Shown piece by piece: positions 60,949-64,000 of a stretch of 64,000 nt of DNA (position 1 is the stretch's first letter; each line of letters begins with the position of its first letter). The DNA is from Pseudovirgaria hyperparasitica (taxonomy: Eukaryota). The notes under the pieces are model-generated. The model did not search any database and was not told the origin of the DNA. It saw only the letters and a program-made list of their open reading frames with translations. A program made the position numbers and the translations under genes. The stretch lies in assembly GCA_010093815.1 (NCBI GenBank), contig ML996575.1. One strand, written 5' to 3'.

Positions 60949-62807
60949 TCATGTCCTGAAGACATCCCCATTATCATTAATAAATTTGATGGCATTCGCC
61001 CTGTAATCGTCTGTAATTATATCCGTCTGACTCTCTCTCAGATGCATCGTCTTGCGCCCGCTCTCGTCGAAGAGCGGCCATTTGGGCAGATCACTTAGCC
61101 CGTGCTGGTTCGGATCGAGGTGATTTACGAAACTCACCAGCACACTCATCAGATGTAGCGAATTGCGACTCACTGTCGGCGGTAGAAGGCCGAACCAATA
61201 AAGCACAACGTCGGAGACGTGGAAACTGCCGAGCACGGGAATGTTGGCGAGTTTGAGGGTGTTGAGCAGTGTGCCCACGATGGGCAGGCCGTCGAGACCT
61301 GCACTCGGAACGACGGTCTCGAGCAGATAGTTGTAGACCTTATTCTTGGCGTGTGGGAGCAATTGCCGGCGCTCAGACTGGAAGGTGTAGTCGCCGATGA
61401 GTGCGGCGATGCGTTTGTATTGAGGGCTAATGGCATTCAAAGGACCGGTGTCAAAGGGAGAGCCGGCAGATGGGTCGTTGGGGTATTGAGCGACGAGTTG
61501 TTCGATCTTCTCCACTGGTGCGTTTGGGAAGAAGATTGTTTGGAGGTAGTCGATGAGATCGTCAGTGGTAGTGATATTGAGGTTGTTGACGAGAGAGAAG
61601 AGGGTGCCTTCGTCTTTCATGTCGCCGATTAGGATTGGCACATCTGCGACCTGCCCCTTGGCAATGAGCCGGTCAGGCGAGTCGGATAGATAGTGGTTAT
61701 CTGCGCGCAGATTCCAGGCAACGTTCGTGGAATGGTAGCCAAGGAACTGCGGGCTCTGGTTGATGTACTCGAAAAAGGACTCTGTAGGCTTGCTGCGGAG
61801 ACAGGCGAGTTTATCAGTTGCGTCGCGGCAGCCTACAGATTCGAGCATGTAGTTGAATGTGCCTTGCTGGCGCGTGTAGTCGTCGACTTTGAGGCCGGCG
61901 CCCGAGGCCATAATGACGCCCCGGTAGAGACCCTCGGTATCGCCGCCATTGGCTGTGAGATGGCCGGCGATAGACATGGAGCCTGCACTTTCGCCGAACA
62001 ATGTGACCCGGTTTGGGTCTCCGCCAAACTGAGAGATGTATTTCTTGACCCAGTGCATTGCGACTCGTTGGTCACCAAAACCGAGTGATAGAGCGTCTTG
62101 GTCAGCAAGTTCCTTGGACTGCGAAAAGCCGAATGCGTTGAGACGGTAGTTGATGGATGCAAACACCACGGGCTGATTCATGTTGATGGAATGCTGGACG
62201 ATATTGGCGCCTTGGTAGATGACGCCCTGTATGGCCTCAGTTTCTGTGAAGCCTAATGCAGCAGACGAGCCGACTGCAAAGCCGCCTCCGTGAATCCACA
62301 AGACCTGAACGAGCAAAATTAACGATAGTAGGTACAGCTGCATGCTTGATCACTTACCACGGGCAGTTTACTATCCTTGGTCGCATTGAGCGGAGCCTGC
62401 ACATTGATTGAGAGGCAGTCCTCCGCTGTTCCCAATACCGGTCTCAATAGGGGACCCTCCAGTAAAGTGGCGAGTCCACCAAGTAGGTCCCCAATCGGAC
62501 TGGGAGAAAGAATGGAAAGGACGGACTGCTGAATACATGCCGGGCCATAATCAGAAGCGTCTTGAACGCCCTCGAGTTTGGTGGTGAGAAGCTTAGAGCG
62601 GCGAAACCTTTCAGGACGAGCATAGGGCATTCCGAGGTAGTTCTTGGTGCCCGTTCTCAGATCTTTCGCACCCCGAAAACTGGCATAGTCAAGGTTGACA
62701 GCATCGGCAGGACCGCCGATGAAGAGTTTCGCAGCGCTGATGATGGCCGAGTTGGCAGCGCCGGCCAACAACAGGAGGCTCACAAAGGCCTTTGTTGATA
62801 TCAGCAT
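60949..62807 (-). CDS. Secreted carboxylesterase/lipase type B
   Basis: Signal peptide, LGMPYA, EDCLSINV, intron 62305-62357, WIHGGGF, NYRL, FGGDP, GESAG (Ser), DEGTLF (Glu) and GSFH (His). Confidence 0.94.
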
Positions 62808-63697
62808 CTTTGAGTCAAGCGGGCGCTCCCGAGCAGCAGGAATCGACGGCGGATGTCATTCTTGGTCATGGGTAGTCTGATGGAATAAATAGCTGGAGGT
62901 CGCGGTTGAGATGTTGTTGAGAAGGGCCGAGTTGGACTAGCACTAGCACAGTTGCGCGATCAAGGCGCCGATTAGTAGGGGCCGGCTATGGTCTGGACAG
63001 CTATCCGATGGTTGTTGTCTCGCGTGGCGCAGAACACGAGGTGAGAATTAGATATACGTGTACAATAGACTGCATGCGTCTTTCTTCTTAGGTCGATTAT
63101 GAGATGGCAGATAAGACGAGACGAGAGGTCACTGTCACCATCACGACGCTTCTTGTTGGTCAGCCCTGTCAGCCTTCAACGCCATGTCGGCCGTGCCAAG
63201 AGGGTGCTATAGGAAGATGAGCTATGATACGACCGGATAAGGGACGAAGTGGACTATAGTACATACATGGCCGTATACACGTATTGCTAAGTGCGTGTTG
63301 GTGGCTGGAGGATGGTGGAGGATGGCGGAGGATGTATGATGTATGAGAATAAGAAAGGACGAGAGTTGATGGAGAAGAGGCAGGTGAGGAACAAGGAATT
63401 GGCGGCGGGGGAAATGAGAGTGAGTGACCAGATACTGAGGTCAGTATAGCGATACACTTGACCGTGGCGGTCACGTCATGGCATAATCGTGCAGAAGGAG
63501 GCATATTTGGGCCTTGCGATTCAGGCAAGTATACCTATGACCTCGGCAGTATTATTAGTCGCACGCCTAAAGCTGCCCGGCTGTCCGAGAATGGAAGGGT
63601 CGATGGGAGACCTTCAGCCACTAATCGTAACCAACTGAGCCACATGCGCACGCTTGTTGCTACCTTGCTTCATAGGGCTTAAGGCTTACATGTGTCT

Positions 63698-63756
63698 TGC
63701 CTCATAAGGCATAAGGCTCATAGATATCCTGCCTTATAAGGCATAAGGCATATAAG
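63698..63756. repeat. Short ATAAGGC-based direct repeat with palindrome GCCTTATAAGGC
   Basis: TGCCTCATAAGGCATAAGGC and TGCCTTATAAGGCATAAGGC; perfect palindrome at 63731-63742. Confidence 0.7.
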
Positions 63757-64000
63757 GGATCCACCCATCCTTCTTCCCATCCAACTTATCGCTACTGTAC
63801 GTTGGGATCTGGGTAGTATCTATACCGTCAGTCTTGAAAATACGCAGCAGACCTGTCCTTCCGCCCGGGACATGATTACCTAATAATGCCCAAGTGGCCC
63901 CATGCACCGATTGCCCTAATAAGTGTGTGAATGCCCTGAGTCGTGCGCGATGGTCACCTGGTCATGTCGGCAGTTTCCAGTCCGTAATCAGTACTTCACA

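Overview
Intron-containing genomic DNA from a filamentous ascomycete (Pezizomycotina; GT-AG introns of about 50 nt with CTAAC/CTGAC branch points), with about 25 protein-coding genes. Left (2.7-16.3 kb): a compact putative cyclic-ureide/N-heterocycle catabolic cluster of a Ppr1/UaY-like Zn2Cys6 regulator, a P450, a PuuE-type hydrolase divergent from a CX3C amidase, and an NCS1 permease divergent from an MFS transporter. Middle (18-44 kb): mostly core genes, namely an F-box protein, two coiled-coil proteins, S-formylglutathione hydrolase, the head-to-head RPB6/TFIIIA pair (RPB6 is missing from the ORF track), cAMP phosphodiesterase Pde2, a TPR-like protein and a 2OG-Fe(II) oxygenase. Right (44.5-64 kb): secreted or lipid-related genes (GPI protein, degenerate zincin, Leu-rich secreted protein, DUF2236/MpaB-like oxygenase, DUF3712, cytochrome b5, dienelactone hydrolase, carboxylesterase) whose upstream regions repeatedly carry CCTCGG (FarA/Ctf1-type) motifs. 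This group is interrupted by an intronless 1210-aa 2H-phosphoesterase + EEP + poly(A)-polymerase-like + MJ1316 protein, a candidate single-chain RNA 3'-end healing and tailing enzyme. I recognised no tRNA, rRNA, CRISPR array or intact transposon. All assignments come from reading motifs by eye; no database searches were run.
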